DNA of 64,000 bases from an uncultured Staphylococcaceae bacterium (GTDB lineage Bacteria > Bacillota_I > Bacilli_A > RFN20 > CAG-826), in the NCBI GenBank assembly GCA_964371305.1, contig CAYJLA010000002.1, positions 6,236-70,235 of the forward strand, in the 5' to 3' direction. The notes under the pieces were generated by a model. That model made no database searches. It worked only from the letters and a program-made list of their open reading frames with translations, and was not told the DNA's origin. A program made the position numbers and the translations under genes. How positions within the stretch are numbered: the first letter of the stretch is position 1; the number at the start of each line of letters is the position of its first letter. Below, in pieces: positions 40,107 to 49,801 of the stretch.

Positions 40107-40166
40107 TTGACAAACTACTAAAGTATTTTTGTTTAAATATGAGTTAATAAATGGTAAAATAAATAT

Positions 40167-41381
40167 ATGTATAAAATGATTGTAATTGATGATGAAATCA
40201 TCGTTAGAAGAGGTATTAAAGAAACTATCGATTGGTCTAAACATAATGTTGAAATAATTGGAGATGCTTCAAACGGCCAGGAGGGATATGAACTTATTAA
40301 AAAGTTGAATCCTGATATTGTTATTACTGATGTGAAAATGCCGATTTTGACAGGAACTGAACTTGCAACTAGGCTAAAAGACGATGGTTTTAATGGAATA
40401 GTTATTATTATTTCTGGCTATAAAGATTTTGAATATGCAAAAAGCGCTCTTAGTGCAGGTGTGTTTCAGTATTTACTCAAGCCATTTGCTAATCGTGAAT
40501 TAGAAGAGTGTGTAAACGATGCAATCAATAAACTAAAAGAACGTATGAAAACTGAAAATATATTAGATGTTTTTAGTAGTTCAAAGATAGACTTGAATAG
40601 TAAATTGTTTAGAGACATTGTTAGAAAAAATTATGCTAATATCGATGATATAAGAAATATGTTTGTAATTTCCAATATTGATTTCTTTGATGAATACTGT
40701 ATCGTGATTGGTGTTTTGGATAAAATTGACGAACATTTTTCAAGTGATAGAAAAATGATAAAGTGTATAGATGATGCATTTAATGATCATGAAAATCAAT
40801 ATTTGTTAGGAGTATATCATAACAGAGTCGTCATGGTTACAAACCTTGAACACGATCTAATTATTAAACTTCTTGAGAACGCTTTTAAGCATTTTGAGTT
40901 AATAACTAGCGAATTTACATTTTCTTTCGGTATGAGTGATTCATCCAATACCTTTAGTAACGCTAATGAGTTGTATGAACAAGCAAAAAATATTGCAGAA
41001 AATAAATTATTTACTACTTCTAATTCAATATTAGATAATAGTGGTGAAACAAAAAAATATAAAAAGAATACAGTAGAAATTCTTAAAATAATTCAAACAA
41101 GATACAGTGAAAATCTCACTGTTAAAATTGTTGCTGAAGAAGTTTTGATTAGTGAATCATCGTTAATGCATTTACTAAAGGATGATTTAGGAATGACTTT
41201 CAATGATATTCTAACAACACACAGAATCAATGAGGCCAAAAAACTCCTCCTAAGTTCAAAATATAGAATAAATGAAGTCGCAAGATTAGTAGGATATAGT
41301 GATGATAAATATTTTACTGCTCTATTTAAGAAAAAAACAGGCTTAACTCCATCAAAATTTATATTAGCGAATGAACAATAA
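40167..41381 (+). CDS. two-component response regulator, REC + AraC-type HTH (YesN-like)
   Basis: IVIDDE...ITDVKMP phospho-acceptor region; C-terminal AraC HTH (GYSDDKYFTALFKKKTGLTPSKF). Confidence 0.8.
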   Translation: MYKMIVIDDEIIVRRGIKETIDWSKHNVEIIGDASNGQEGYELIKKLNPDIVITDVKMPILTGTELATRLKDDGFNGIVIIISGYKDFEYAKSALSAGVFQYLLKPFANRELEECVNDAINKLKERMKTENILDVFSSSKIDLNSKLFRDIVRKNYANIDDIRNMFVISNIDFFDEYCIVIGVLDKIDEHFSSDRKMIKCIDDAFNDHENQYLLGVYHNRVVMVTNLEHDLIIKLLENAFKHFELITSEFTFSFGMSDSSNTFSNANELYEQAKNIAENKLFTTSNSILDNSGETKKYKKNTVEILKIIQTRYSENLTVKIVAEEVLISESSLMHLLKDDLGMTFNDILTTHRINEAKKLLLSSKYRINEVARLVGYSDDKYFTALFKKKTGLTPSKFILANEQ

Positions 41382-43104
41382 TAAAAGTAAGAAATCAATC
41401 TCTGTTGTGCTATTTACATCTATTAGCGTTCTTTTTGTCTCAATATTTATTATAGTTGTTACAAGTGTATTTATAACTGTGAATATAGCTACTGGTAATT
41501 ATAGTAAGAATAATTTTACTACATCTGCAAACAAGGTTGATGATACATTATCCGAAATCTTATATTCAATAACAGCTACTCATGTTTTAACTTTCAATGA
41601 CGAAGGAATTTCTGAATTTTCATTAGTCGATGACAATAGTAAGCAAGTATATTTTGAAAATTTATATAAAAATGGGTCAATTAATAACGAGAATTATGTT
41701 GGTATGAGTTTGTACTTTGAAGATAAAACTTACATATCAAGTCAAGCCGTCCCCTTTCTTGGTAAAACCGAAATAGATGCAGTTAACAATAGTAGCAACT
41801 ACATGGTTTATGTAAGTACTATTTCTTCCAGTGATGAATCTATGATAGTTTTTGGTAAAAAAGTTCAATACTCATTAGCATCTGAATCAGTAGGGGTTGC
41901 ATTTTACTATTTAAAAGAGAGTGTTATATTAAAAGTTTTGGATTTGATTAATGTTGAAGGCTCCGAAACATTTTTGGTCACTAATGATGCTTATGGTGTT
42001 GCACATCCTAATGAGGAACTTAATGGAATTTACTTATACAATTTTGAATTTGCTAGGTATTTGGGCTCCAACTCAGTCGAGGAGTTTGGGAATTATAATG
42101 GTAAATATTCTATTTTTTCGTTAAGTTCTATGCACAAAACTAATTATGCATATGATTTAGACTTTACAATCGTGTCCGCAACTCCGTTTTACTCTGTGTA
42201 TGGAAGCATCATCATTACGTATTTGATTGTAGGTATTATCGCGCTTATTTCACTCGCACTAAGCATTACATTTGGTATTTTAATTTCTAAAAAAATAATT
42301 AATCCATTGATCAGTCTTTCACACAAGGTAGGTGAATATTCACCTTTACAAGACACAATATTAACTAAAGTAGTAGATAACAAGAACGAAGTATACATTT
42401 TAGAAGAATCTTATGATTTAATGATGGATAGAATTAGAAATTTAATGAACCAATCAATTCGTGATATGGAAACGAAAAGAAATTTAGAACTAGAAACTCT
42501 ACAAATGCAAATTAATCCGCACTTTTTATATAACACATTAGATGCAATTGCATGGATGGCCAAATTTAAAGATGAAAAAGACATCGAACAATTAGTAATT
42601 GAATTATCAAAGTTTTATAGAGTTTCGCTTCATAAAGGAGCAAAGTTTATTAAAGTAAGTGAAGAAATGGAAATTATAGACCATTTTATGAAAATAGAGC
42701 TGGTAAGATTTCCTAATAAATTTACGTATGATTTAAATATAGATGAAGATGTAAAAAATGCTCAAACTCTTAAACTTATATTACAACCTATAGTAGAAAA
42801 CGCAATCAAGCATGGATTAGCTTCACTTAATAGAATTGGACATATTGATATAACTGTCTCAAGAAGTAACGATAATATCATATTCATTATTAAAGATGAT
42901 GGTGTAGGTTTTGATTTTGATGATTCTTCGTTTTTGGATAGGAAAAATGATCCAAGCTATCATGGTGGCTATGGATTGTATAATGTACAAGAAAGAATAC
43001 ATTTAGAGTATGGTTCGCAATATGGCATTGAAGTTGATTCAATAAAAGATCGTGGAACAAAGGTTATAGTTAAAATACCATTTATATATCATTCTGTTGA
43101 TTAA
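41371..43104 (+). CDS. sensor histidine kinase (YesM-like; 2 TM + extracellular sensor + HAMP + His_kinase/HATPase)
   Basis: INPHFLYNTLDAIAW H-box, N/G boxes (IVENAIKHG, DDGVGF, GYGLYNV); overlaps RR stop by 11 nt. Confidence 0.8.
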   Translation: MNNNKSKKSISVVLFTSISVLFVSIFIIVVTSVFITVNIATGNYSKNNFTTSANKVDDTLSEILYSITATHVLTFNDEGISEFSLVDDNSKQVYFENLYKNGSINNENYVGMSLYFEDKTYISSQAVPFLGKTEIDAVNNSSNYMVYVSTISSSDESMIVFGKKVQYSLASESVGVAFYYLKESVILKVLDLINVEGSETFLVTNDAYGVAHPNEELNGIYLYNFEFARYLGSNSVEEFGNYNGKYSIFSLSSMHKTNYAYDLDFTIVSATPFYSVYGSIIITYLIVGIIALISLALSITFGILISKKIINPLISLSHKVGEYSPLQDTILTKVVDNKNEVYILEESYDLMMDRIRNLMNQSIRDMETKRNLELETLQMQINPHFLYNTLDAIAWMAKFKDEKDIEQLVIELSKFYRVSLHKGAKFIKVSEEMEIIDHFMKIELVRFPNKFTYDLNIDEDVKNAQTLKLILQPIVENAIKHGLASLNRIGHIDITVSRSNDNIIFIIKDDGVGFDFDDSSFLDRKNDPSYHGGYGLYNVQERIHLEYGSQYGIEVDSIKDRGTKVIVKIPFIYHSVD

Positions 43105-44092
43105 TTTTGCTGTGTAATTCAATTAGTGGTTTTTTGATAAAATATGCCATTTTAGCAGATATAATAATAGTAAACGCCATAATAATAATGTCAACAGAGA
43201 GAAAAATTATTATTAACATATTTGTATTGTAGTACTTGTTCTGTTCAGGAATTATTACAGTAAAATCAATAGCGTTAGTTAAGTTTATTTTTGAATATAA
43301 TTTTCCATTTAGATTACTAATCATTTTTTCACTATATGGATATGAAACATCATACATATCAATATCTTCACTAACTAAATATAATATTGATGTATTGTCT
43401 GAAATATATGTATTTCCGTTTTCAAAAAAAGTGTATTCAGATATGTCGAAAATCGTTGAGTATAAATAATTGGTGTCGTAGTCTGCAACGATATATCCTA
43501 TAACATTTTCATTGCCATCATATACCTTTAAAAATAGAGAAAGTAATCCCAATGAATCGTTATAAGGTTGCATTAAATAGTTGTTGGCAATAGCTTTATT
43601 TCTAATAAATATAGTTGATGTATCTGATGAACTTATAAAAGAAGAAAATCGCACAACTTGTTGTAGTTCAACTAGAGTTGCTGGGCCGCCAATTGAACTA
43701 CTTGAAACTATTCTATTATCGGTGGTGTATAAAGAGATTCCAAGTAAAGAATTATAGGTTACAGAAATCACATTTATATAATCTTGCGTTTCTTGATATG
43801 AACTAGATCCACTAATATAGTTTTTTATAATTTGGTTATTAGAAACTCCTTGTAAAGTAGAATATATAATTTGATTGTGCAGCTGAAATGAATTCGAAAT
43901 AACTTGAGTTTCACTCATAGTATAACTATCAAAATCTCTCATATAATAAAAATGCATGTTTACAATTGTAACTATTGTGATCAAGACAACAAAAAAAGAA
44001 ACAGCACTAATAAACAATGTTTTAACTTGAAAGCTTAATCTTTTAAACATAAGTACATTTAAAGTATAACAAAATGAAGTCAAAAACAACAA
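43082..44092 (-). CDS. sensor-domain-only paralogue of the adjacent YesM-like kinase (truncated after HAMP start; possible gene remnant)
   Basis: TM1 + extracytoplasmic domain + TM2 + FIKKPLIELHSKI aligns with kinase residues DFTIV...ISKKIINPLISLSHKV; no H-box/HATPase; 3' end overlaps kinase gene by 23 nt convergently. Confidence 0.45.
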   Translation of the reverse strand: MLFLTSFCYTLNVLMFKRLSFQVKTLFISAVSFFVVLITIVTIVNMHFYYMRDFDSYTMSETQVISNSFQLHNQIIYSTLQGVSNNQIIKNYISGSSSYQETQDYINVISVTYNSLLGISLYTTDNRIVSSSSIGGPATLVELQQVVRFSSFISSSDTSTIFIRNKAIANNYLMQPYNDSLGLLSLFLKVYDGNENVIGYIVADYDTNYLYSTIFDISEYTFFENGNTYISDNTSILYLVSEDIDMYDVSYPYSEKMISNLNGKLYSKINLTNAIDFTVIIPEQNKYYNTNMLIIIFLSVDIIIMAFTIIISAKMAYFIKKPLIELHSKINQQNDI

Positions 44093-44138
44093 TGAGTTGA
44101 ATATTGAATACTGTTTAAATAGAGCATGAATAAATAAA

Positions 44139-44154
44139 TGCAGTATTGTCTACC
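44139..44154 (+). promoter_or_regulatory. cis-element half-site copy (TGCAGTATTGTCTACC) upstream of sugar-binding protein gene, followed by extended -10 TGtTATAAT
   Basis: matches GCAGTTTTGTCTACC core of copy 1. Confidence 0.4.
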
Positions 44155-44224
44155 AAAAAACACTTTTTATAGTATTAAAAAGGCTATTTTGGGTTGTTAT
44201 AATACAAATAGGTAGGTAAATTAT

Positions 44225-45637
44225 ATGAAAAAATTAATTAAATCATTATTAATGTGTGGAGCAATGGCCAGCGTAATTGCGTTTACAACTGGTTGTAGCG
44301 AAGATGATGGAGTTGTTCAAGTAAGAATAGGGATGTGGCCAGCTGCACAATTAACACAAGACATAGCAATGTTTAACAATTGGAAAACTGAGTTCGAAAG
44401 AGATAATCCTGGATATGAAATTATTGCTGATAACTATGAATATGATCCTAGTACAGTAGTGGCCAAAGCTCAATCTAAAACGCTTCCTACGGTGTTTCAA
44501 ACATGGTTTACTGAACCAGAAATGTTAATAAACTCAAGATATATAAGAGATATTACTCCTCAACTTAATGAATTAGGTTGGCTTGATAAAATGGATGTAA
44601 AAATGAAAGACATTTTATCAAGAGATGGAAAAACTTACGGTGTACCAAGAGACGGTTATGGACTTGGTATGGTTATGAACTTAGAACAACTGGAGTTTTA
44701 TGGAATTTTAGAAGACCTAGATGGTGATGGAAAAATTGATATACATGATGAAGATGGTCAGCCGCTTTATCCTACGACTTTTGAAGAATTAAGGCAATTA
44801 AGTGTCGATATAGATAGTGCAAGTGATGGAATGGTCAAAGGTTCACTTATTTTATCCTCAAATAAAAATGGAGGATGGCAATTTTCTAATATAGCATGGA
44901 ATTTTGGTGCTGAATTACAAATAAAAAATAGTGAAGGTAAATATGTTGGCAATCTTGCAAGTGATGAATCAGTTGATGCATTAGAATATATACAAGATCT
45001 TGCCCAAAATGACTTATTACTTGATAATACCGCAGTCGTTTATAATGATTGGACAAGGTTTATTTCCGGACAAGTTGCAACTGCTTTTGTGGGAAATGAT
45101 GTTGTAGCAAATGCTGTTACGCAAGGTGGCGTAGATTTAGACAAGATAGCATTTGTACCAATGCCAGCTGGTCCAGATTCACAAAATGCATTGTTTGGTG
45201 GAACTCCTTATGTTTTTGCTAATAATGCTACTGATGAAGAAGTTATGGGCGCCTTAAAGTTTCTTGAATATATGGGTAGATCTCCAGAAGACTCTGATAT
45301 TGCAGAAGAGGCATTAGAAGAAGGAGCACAACTTTCACAAGCAAAGTCAATACCTATTTTGCCTTCAATTAAGCCATGGACAAACGATGAATATCTAACC
45401 TTAACTAAAAGTATTGAAGATAAGTACGTTAATGTAGAGATGGATTATTTTAAAGATTTCTATGATTCAATCTATACAATTAGACACGACGAAGAACCTT
45501 ATTTCACACAGGCAATGTATTCGTTGTTAGATAATTGTATACAAGAAGTTCTAGATGATCCATATTCAGCTAATGCTAAAACATTATTGGAAACTGCAAA
45601 CAGTCAATTTAACAACCAATATATGTCCAATTTATAA
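44225..45637 (+). CDS. sugar ABC transporter substrate-binding lipoprotein (family 1 SBP)
   Basis: AFTTGCS lipobox; 470 aa extracellular solute-binding protein pattern. Confidence 0.8.
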   Translation: MKKLIKSLLMCGAMASVIAFTTGCSEDDGVVQVRIGMWPAAQLTQDIAMFNNWKTEFERDNPGYEIIADNYEYDPSTVVAKAQSKTLPTVFQTWFTEPEMLINSRYIRDITPQLNELGWLDKMDVKMKDILSRDGKTYGVPRDGYGLGMVMNLEQLEFYGILEDLDGDGKIDIHDEDGQPLYPTTFEELRQLSVDIDSASDGMVKGSLILSSNKNGGWQFSNIAWNFGAELQIKNSEGKYVGNLASDESVDALEYIQDLAQNDLLLDNTAVVYNDWTRFISGQVATAFVGNDVVANAVTQGGVDLDKIAFVPMPAGPDSQNALFGGTPYVFANNATDEEVMGALKFLEYMGRSPEDSDIAEEALEEGAQLSQAKSIPILPSIKPWTNDEYLTLTKSIEDKYVNVEMDYFKDFYDSIYTIRHDEEPYFTQAMYSLLDNCIQEVLDDPYSANAKTLLETANSQFNNQYMSNL

Positions 45638-45649
45638 AAAGGAAATATA

Positions 45650-46609
45650 ATGAAAACAAACTCTCTTACTACTACTAAGACAGTTAAAAACAAGAGGCTT
45701 AAAACGTTGCTTGTTAAGAACTTATCTGGCTGGGCATTAATGTTGCCTGGCTTGATTTTGTTTGTTTTTTTTGTTTGGGGACCGTTAGCTGACAATATCT
45801 TGACATCCTTTTACTCAACAATTGGGTTTGAAAGAGTTGATTTTGTGGGTGTTGCTCAGTATGTACGGGTGTTCGAAGATCCAGAGTTTATAAACGCTTT
45901 AACAAATACCTTTGAATATCTTGGTTGGTCACTATTGATTGGATTTATTATACCTATTTTTCTTGGTTTACTTTTGTCAGAAGTTATTCATTTAAAGGGT
46001 TTCTTTAGGATAGCAATATATTTGCCAGCTGTTTTAAGCGGTGTCGCAACAGCAATACTTTGGGCATATATATTTGATCCAAATGACGGAGGTATGTTGA
46101 ATACAATACTTCAGTCGCTGGGATTACCAACATTAAAATGGACAGATGATTCCGATTTAGTAATTCCTTTGATTGTATTAACAATGACTTGGAAGGGTGC
46201 GGGGAGTACAGCACTTATATATTTAGCGAGTATGCAGTCGATTAATTCGAATTTATATGAAGCGGTCCGCATTGATGGGGCTAACGCGTTTCAAAGAATT
46301 AAAAATATTACTTTACCAAGTATTCTTCCAACTATTTCAACGTTATTTATTCTTCAAGTAATATCTATAATGCAAGTTTTCTATGAGCCTTTATTAATTG
46401 CAAAGGGATCACAAGCTTCAATGACATTGCTTTTACTTGGTTATAACTATGCGTTTGATAGCAAATACTCGGGTAGCGGAGTTGGAGGTTATGGTTTTTC
46501 TACGACTGGCCAATCATCGGCAGTAGCAGTCATTTTAGCTTTAATTATTCTTGGTCTTACAGCTGTATATTTTATAGTTCAACATTTCGTTAAGAAGAGG
46601 TATCAATAA
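45650..46609 (+). CDS. carbohydrate ABC transporter permease (MalF/UgpA-like)
   Basis: 6 TM, EAA-like loop region; operon position. Confidence 0.8.
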   Translation: MKTNSLTTTKTVKNKRLKTLLVKNLSGWALMLPGLILFVFFVWGPLADNILTSFYSTIGFERVDFVGVAQYVRVFEDPEFINALTNTFEYLGWSLLIGFIIPIFLGLLLSEVIHLKGFFRIAIYLPAVLSGVATAILWAYIFDPNDGGMLNTILQSLGLPTLKWTDDSDLVIPLIVLTMTWKGAGSTALIYLASMQSINSNLYEAVRIDGANAFQRIKNITLPSILPTISTLFILQVISIMQVFYEPLLIAKGSQASMTLLLLGYNYAFDSKYSGSGVGGYGFSTTGQSSAVAVILALIILGLTAVYFIVQHFVKKRYQ

Positions 46610-47532
46610 TGAAAATGTATAACAAATTATTGAGTAAGTTCAAGAACAAAGATAAAGAAACATTATTAACCAAAAAAGGTGGCGTTTTAACTTTTATTGA
46701 TTATAAACGTCCACTTAATAAATTTATATATATAATCATGATACTTATTCTTGTTAGTGTCGCTTTAACAGCGTTACTTCCAATATTTATATTACTTCTA
46801 TCTTCTTATAAAGGTCCGTCAGAGTTATATGCAATACCTTTTAATTTATTTCCACAAGCTTTTGATATAACAAAAATGTTTACTGTTTGGCAGGAAGTTC
46901 AATTTGAAAAGTATTTGTTCAATACTTTAATCGTTTGTTTTGGAGCTGCATTCGTTGGCGTAATAGTAAATGGATTGCTTGCATATTCAGTATCTGTGGT
47001 AAAGCCATGGGGACATAAATTTTTCTACATTTTAATTATGGCTTCGTATATGATACCTGGCATACTTTCAATTGTGCCATTGTATTCATCAATAGTTAAC
47101 TTATCGCTTACAAATACATATATACCTTTATGGTTTGTAATGGGAGCAAATGCATTTTATTTTATATTATTTAAAAATCATTTTGATTCAATTCCGGGTG
47201 CTCTTATAGAAGCTGCAAGGGTTGATGGTGCTAGTAACATAAGAATATTTTTTAGTGTAATTATTCCAATGTCTAAATCTATTATGTTACTTGTTGCAAT
47301 TTTTTCAATTACAACTGCCTGGAATGATTTCTTGCTGCCATATTTAGTACTACAAGATTCGAATATGCAAACAATTATGGTGTTGCTATATCAAAAATCT
47401 GGTGATGCACAATTTTCACCAGATAAATTATTAATGTTATCACTTATCTCAATTATACCTCAAATAATTATCTTTTTTGTGTTTCAAAAACAGATAGTAG
47501 GTAGTGCAATGAGTAGTGGTTTAAAGGAGTAA
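46609..47532 (+). CDS. carbohydrate ABC transporter permease (MalG/UgpE-like)
   Basis: 6 TM, EAARVDGAS EAA motif. Confidence 0.8.
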   Translation: MKMYNKLLSKFKNKDKETLLTKKGGVLTFIDYKRPLNKFIYIIMILILVSVALTALLPIFILLLSSYKGPSELYAIPFNLFPQAFDITKMFTVWQEVQFEKYLFNTLIVCFGAAFVGVIVNGLLAYSVSVVKPWGHKFFYILIMASYMIPGILSIVPLYSSIVNLSLTNTYIPLWFVMGANAFYFILFKNHFDSIPGALIEAARVDGASNIRIFFSVIIPMSKSIMLLVAIFSITTAWNDFLLPYLVLQDSNMQTIMVLLYQKSGDAQFSPDKLLMLSLISIIPQIIIFFVFQKQIVGSAMSSGLKE

Positions 47533-47536
47533 AATT

Positions 47537-49795
47537 ATGGGCAAAATTGCAACAAAATATTTAAAGGTTCACCCTTATAAAATTATTGAAGAAGGTTTTC
47601 ATGAAGAAAGAAATAGAGTGAGTGAGTCCTTGTTCTCACTAAGTAATGAATTCATGGGAATAAGAGGGAGTTTTGATGAAGGCAGCAGTTTGAAAACTTT
47701 ACGAGGAAGTTATTTTAATGGTATATACGACTACCCTTTAACGCCATCTCAAAAATCATATAAAGGGATTGTTGAAAAGACACATTTTATGGTTAACTCA
47801 GTAGACTATTTTAAAGTAAAGATACTAGCTAATGATGAAGTATTAGATTTAGGAAAAATAAATTTTGAAAACTTCTATAGAGAGCTCGATTTATTAAGCG
47901 GTTTATTGACTAGAAAGTTAACTTGGATTTTGCTAAATGGAACAAAGATCGATATTAAGTTCGAAAGATTTCTATCTTTAAAAAAATGTCATAGCGCATT
48001 TCAAAGAATAAGCTTGGTTTCAGATAAAAAAGTCGATATTTGCATTGATTTTTATCTTGATAGCAATGTTCTTCATTGGGGAAAAGATGTGTATCATACA
48101 ATGATTTCAAGCGAAAACACTTGTAAAATGATGTCTTTAAAAACAATGACTAAAACATCAAAACAAACTATCGTTTCATCATGTAAAATTGATACAAATA
48201 TAAATGTACATGAATTGGTTAATGAGGATTTATTGGTTGGTAAAAGATATAAGTTTACTCTTGAAAAAAACGAGCAGATATTTACAAGGTATGTCTCCAA
48301 TTATGTCGCTAGAAATGAAGAAGAATTATTGGTAAATATAGATTCATTAGCTATCAAGAATTTAAATGAAATTTCAAAGTCTGGTTTCGAAGAAGAATTA
48401 AATAACAATATAAAATATTTCGCTAATTTATATGAGCGTTCAGACATTGTCATTGAAGGTGATGATGAAGATCAACAAGGAGTTAGATATTGTATTTTTA
48501 TGCTTGAAACCACATATCATGGTTTTAATGAACTAGACAACATAGGTGCTAAAGGTTTGACGGGAGAAGCATATAGTGGTCATTGTTTTTGGGACTCTGA
48601 AGCGGTATGTTTCCCATATTATTTATTCAACAACAAAAAAGCGGCAAAGAACCTTTTAATGTTTAGGTATAATACTCTTGAAAAAGCTAAAGAGAGAGCA
48701 AAGCAACTTGATTGCGGCGGTGCATGTTATCCTATTGCAACATTAAATGGCGAAGAAGCATGTAATTTATGGCAACATGCATCAACTCAGTTTCAACCTA
48801 CAACTGCTGTGGCATATGCTATATACCATTATATGAATACAACGAAAGATAAAGCTTTTTTAAGAAACTATGGCCTTGAAATGTTATTAGAATGTTCAAA
48901 GTTTTTATTAGATAGAGGTCAATGGGATCAAAAAGGTACATCGTTTGGGTTTTATGGGGTAATGGGACCAGATGAATTTAAAGTAATGGTTAATCACAAT
49001 ACATATACAAATTATATGGCTCAATTTACTTTTCAATATACTTTGAAATGCATTAATAGATCTTCCTTAAAGGATAGTCTATTAAAAAAATGTGGCTTAG
49101 ATGCGAACTTCTTAGATAAAATATCAAAAGCTGCGAAAAGCATGAAAATATTATTTAATTCTAGGACGGGATTATATGAGCAAAATGAAGGTTTTTACAA
49201 TTTACCTCATATTGATATTCATGCAATTCCGCAAACTGATTTCCCACTATATTCTAATTGGAGTTATGACAGAATTTATCGTGGTGATATGATTAAACAA
49301 CCAGATGTTTTGATGTTTATGTTTTTATTCATGTCTAAGTTTTCAGATAAAGTAAAATTAGCTAATTACGATTACTACGAACCAAGATGCATACATGAAT
49401 CTTCACTATCTCCATGTATTCACTCAATATTTGCGTGCGACTTAAAAAAAGAAAATGAAGCCCTAGATTTCTTTGGATTTGCATCTAGATTAGATTTAGA
49501 TGATTATAATAGAAATACAAATGAAGGATTACATCTAACTTCTATATCAGGCGCATGGCTTAATATAGTGTATGGATTTGGCGGTCTTAGAAGTGACTCT
49601 GGAATAGTTTCAATTAACCCATCACTTCCAGCAAGATGGGACTCATATTCATTTAAATTTGTGTATAAAAGAGCTAAAATAACAGTCAAAGTAACTAAAC
49701 ATAAACTTTATATTTCGAATAATGGACAAGATGAATACATTTATATAGATGGCAAAAAGCTTTTAATTACTAAATATGTTGAAATAGATAGATAA
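47537..49795 (+). CDS. glycoside hydrolase family 65 disaccharide phosphorylase (maltose/kojibiose/nigerose/trehalose phosphorylase family)
   Basis: 752 aa; GH65 central-domain blocks incl. GEAYSGHCFWDSE; architecture N-domain + (alpha/alpha)6 barrel + C-domain. Confidence 0.8.
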   Translation: MGKIATKYLKVHPYKIIEEGFHEERNRVSESLFSLSNEFMGIRGSFDEGSSLKTLRGSYFNGIYDYPLTPSQKSYKGIVEKTHFMVNSVDYFKVKILANDEVLDLGKINFENFYRELDLLSGLLTRKLTWILLNGTKIDIKFERFLSLKKCHSAFQRISLVSDKKVDICIDFYLDSNVLHWGKDVYHTMISSENTCKMMSLKTMTKTSKQTIVSSCKIDTNINVHELVNEDLLVGKRYKFTLEKNEQIFTRYVSNYVARNEEELLVNIDSLAIKNLNEISKSGFEEELNNNIKYFANLYERSDIVIEGDDEDQQGVRYCIFMLETTYHGFNELDNIGAKGLTGEAYSGHCFWDSEAVCFPYYLFNNKKAAKNLLMFRYNTLEKAKERAKQLDCGGACYPIATLNGEEACNLWQHASTQFQPTTAVAYAIYHYMNTTKDKAFLRNYGLEMLLECSKFLLDRGQWDQKGTSFGFYGVMGPDEFKVMVNHNTYTNYMAQFTFQYTLKCINRSSLKDSLLKKCGLDANFLDKISKAAKSMKILFNSRTGLYEQNEGFYNLPHIDIHAIPQTDFPLYSNWSYDRIYRGDMIKQPDVLMFMFLFMSKFSDKVKLANYDYYEPRCIHESSLSPCIHSIFACDLKKENEALDFFGFASRLDLDDYNRNTNEGLHLTSISGAWLNIVYGFGGLRSDSGIVSINPSLPARWDSYSFKFVYKRAKITVKVTKHKLYISNNGQDEYIYIDGKKLLITKYVEIDR

Positions 49796-49801
49796 GTATT
49801 T

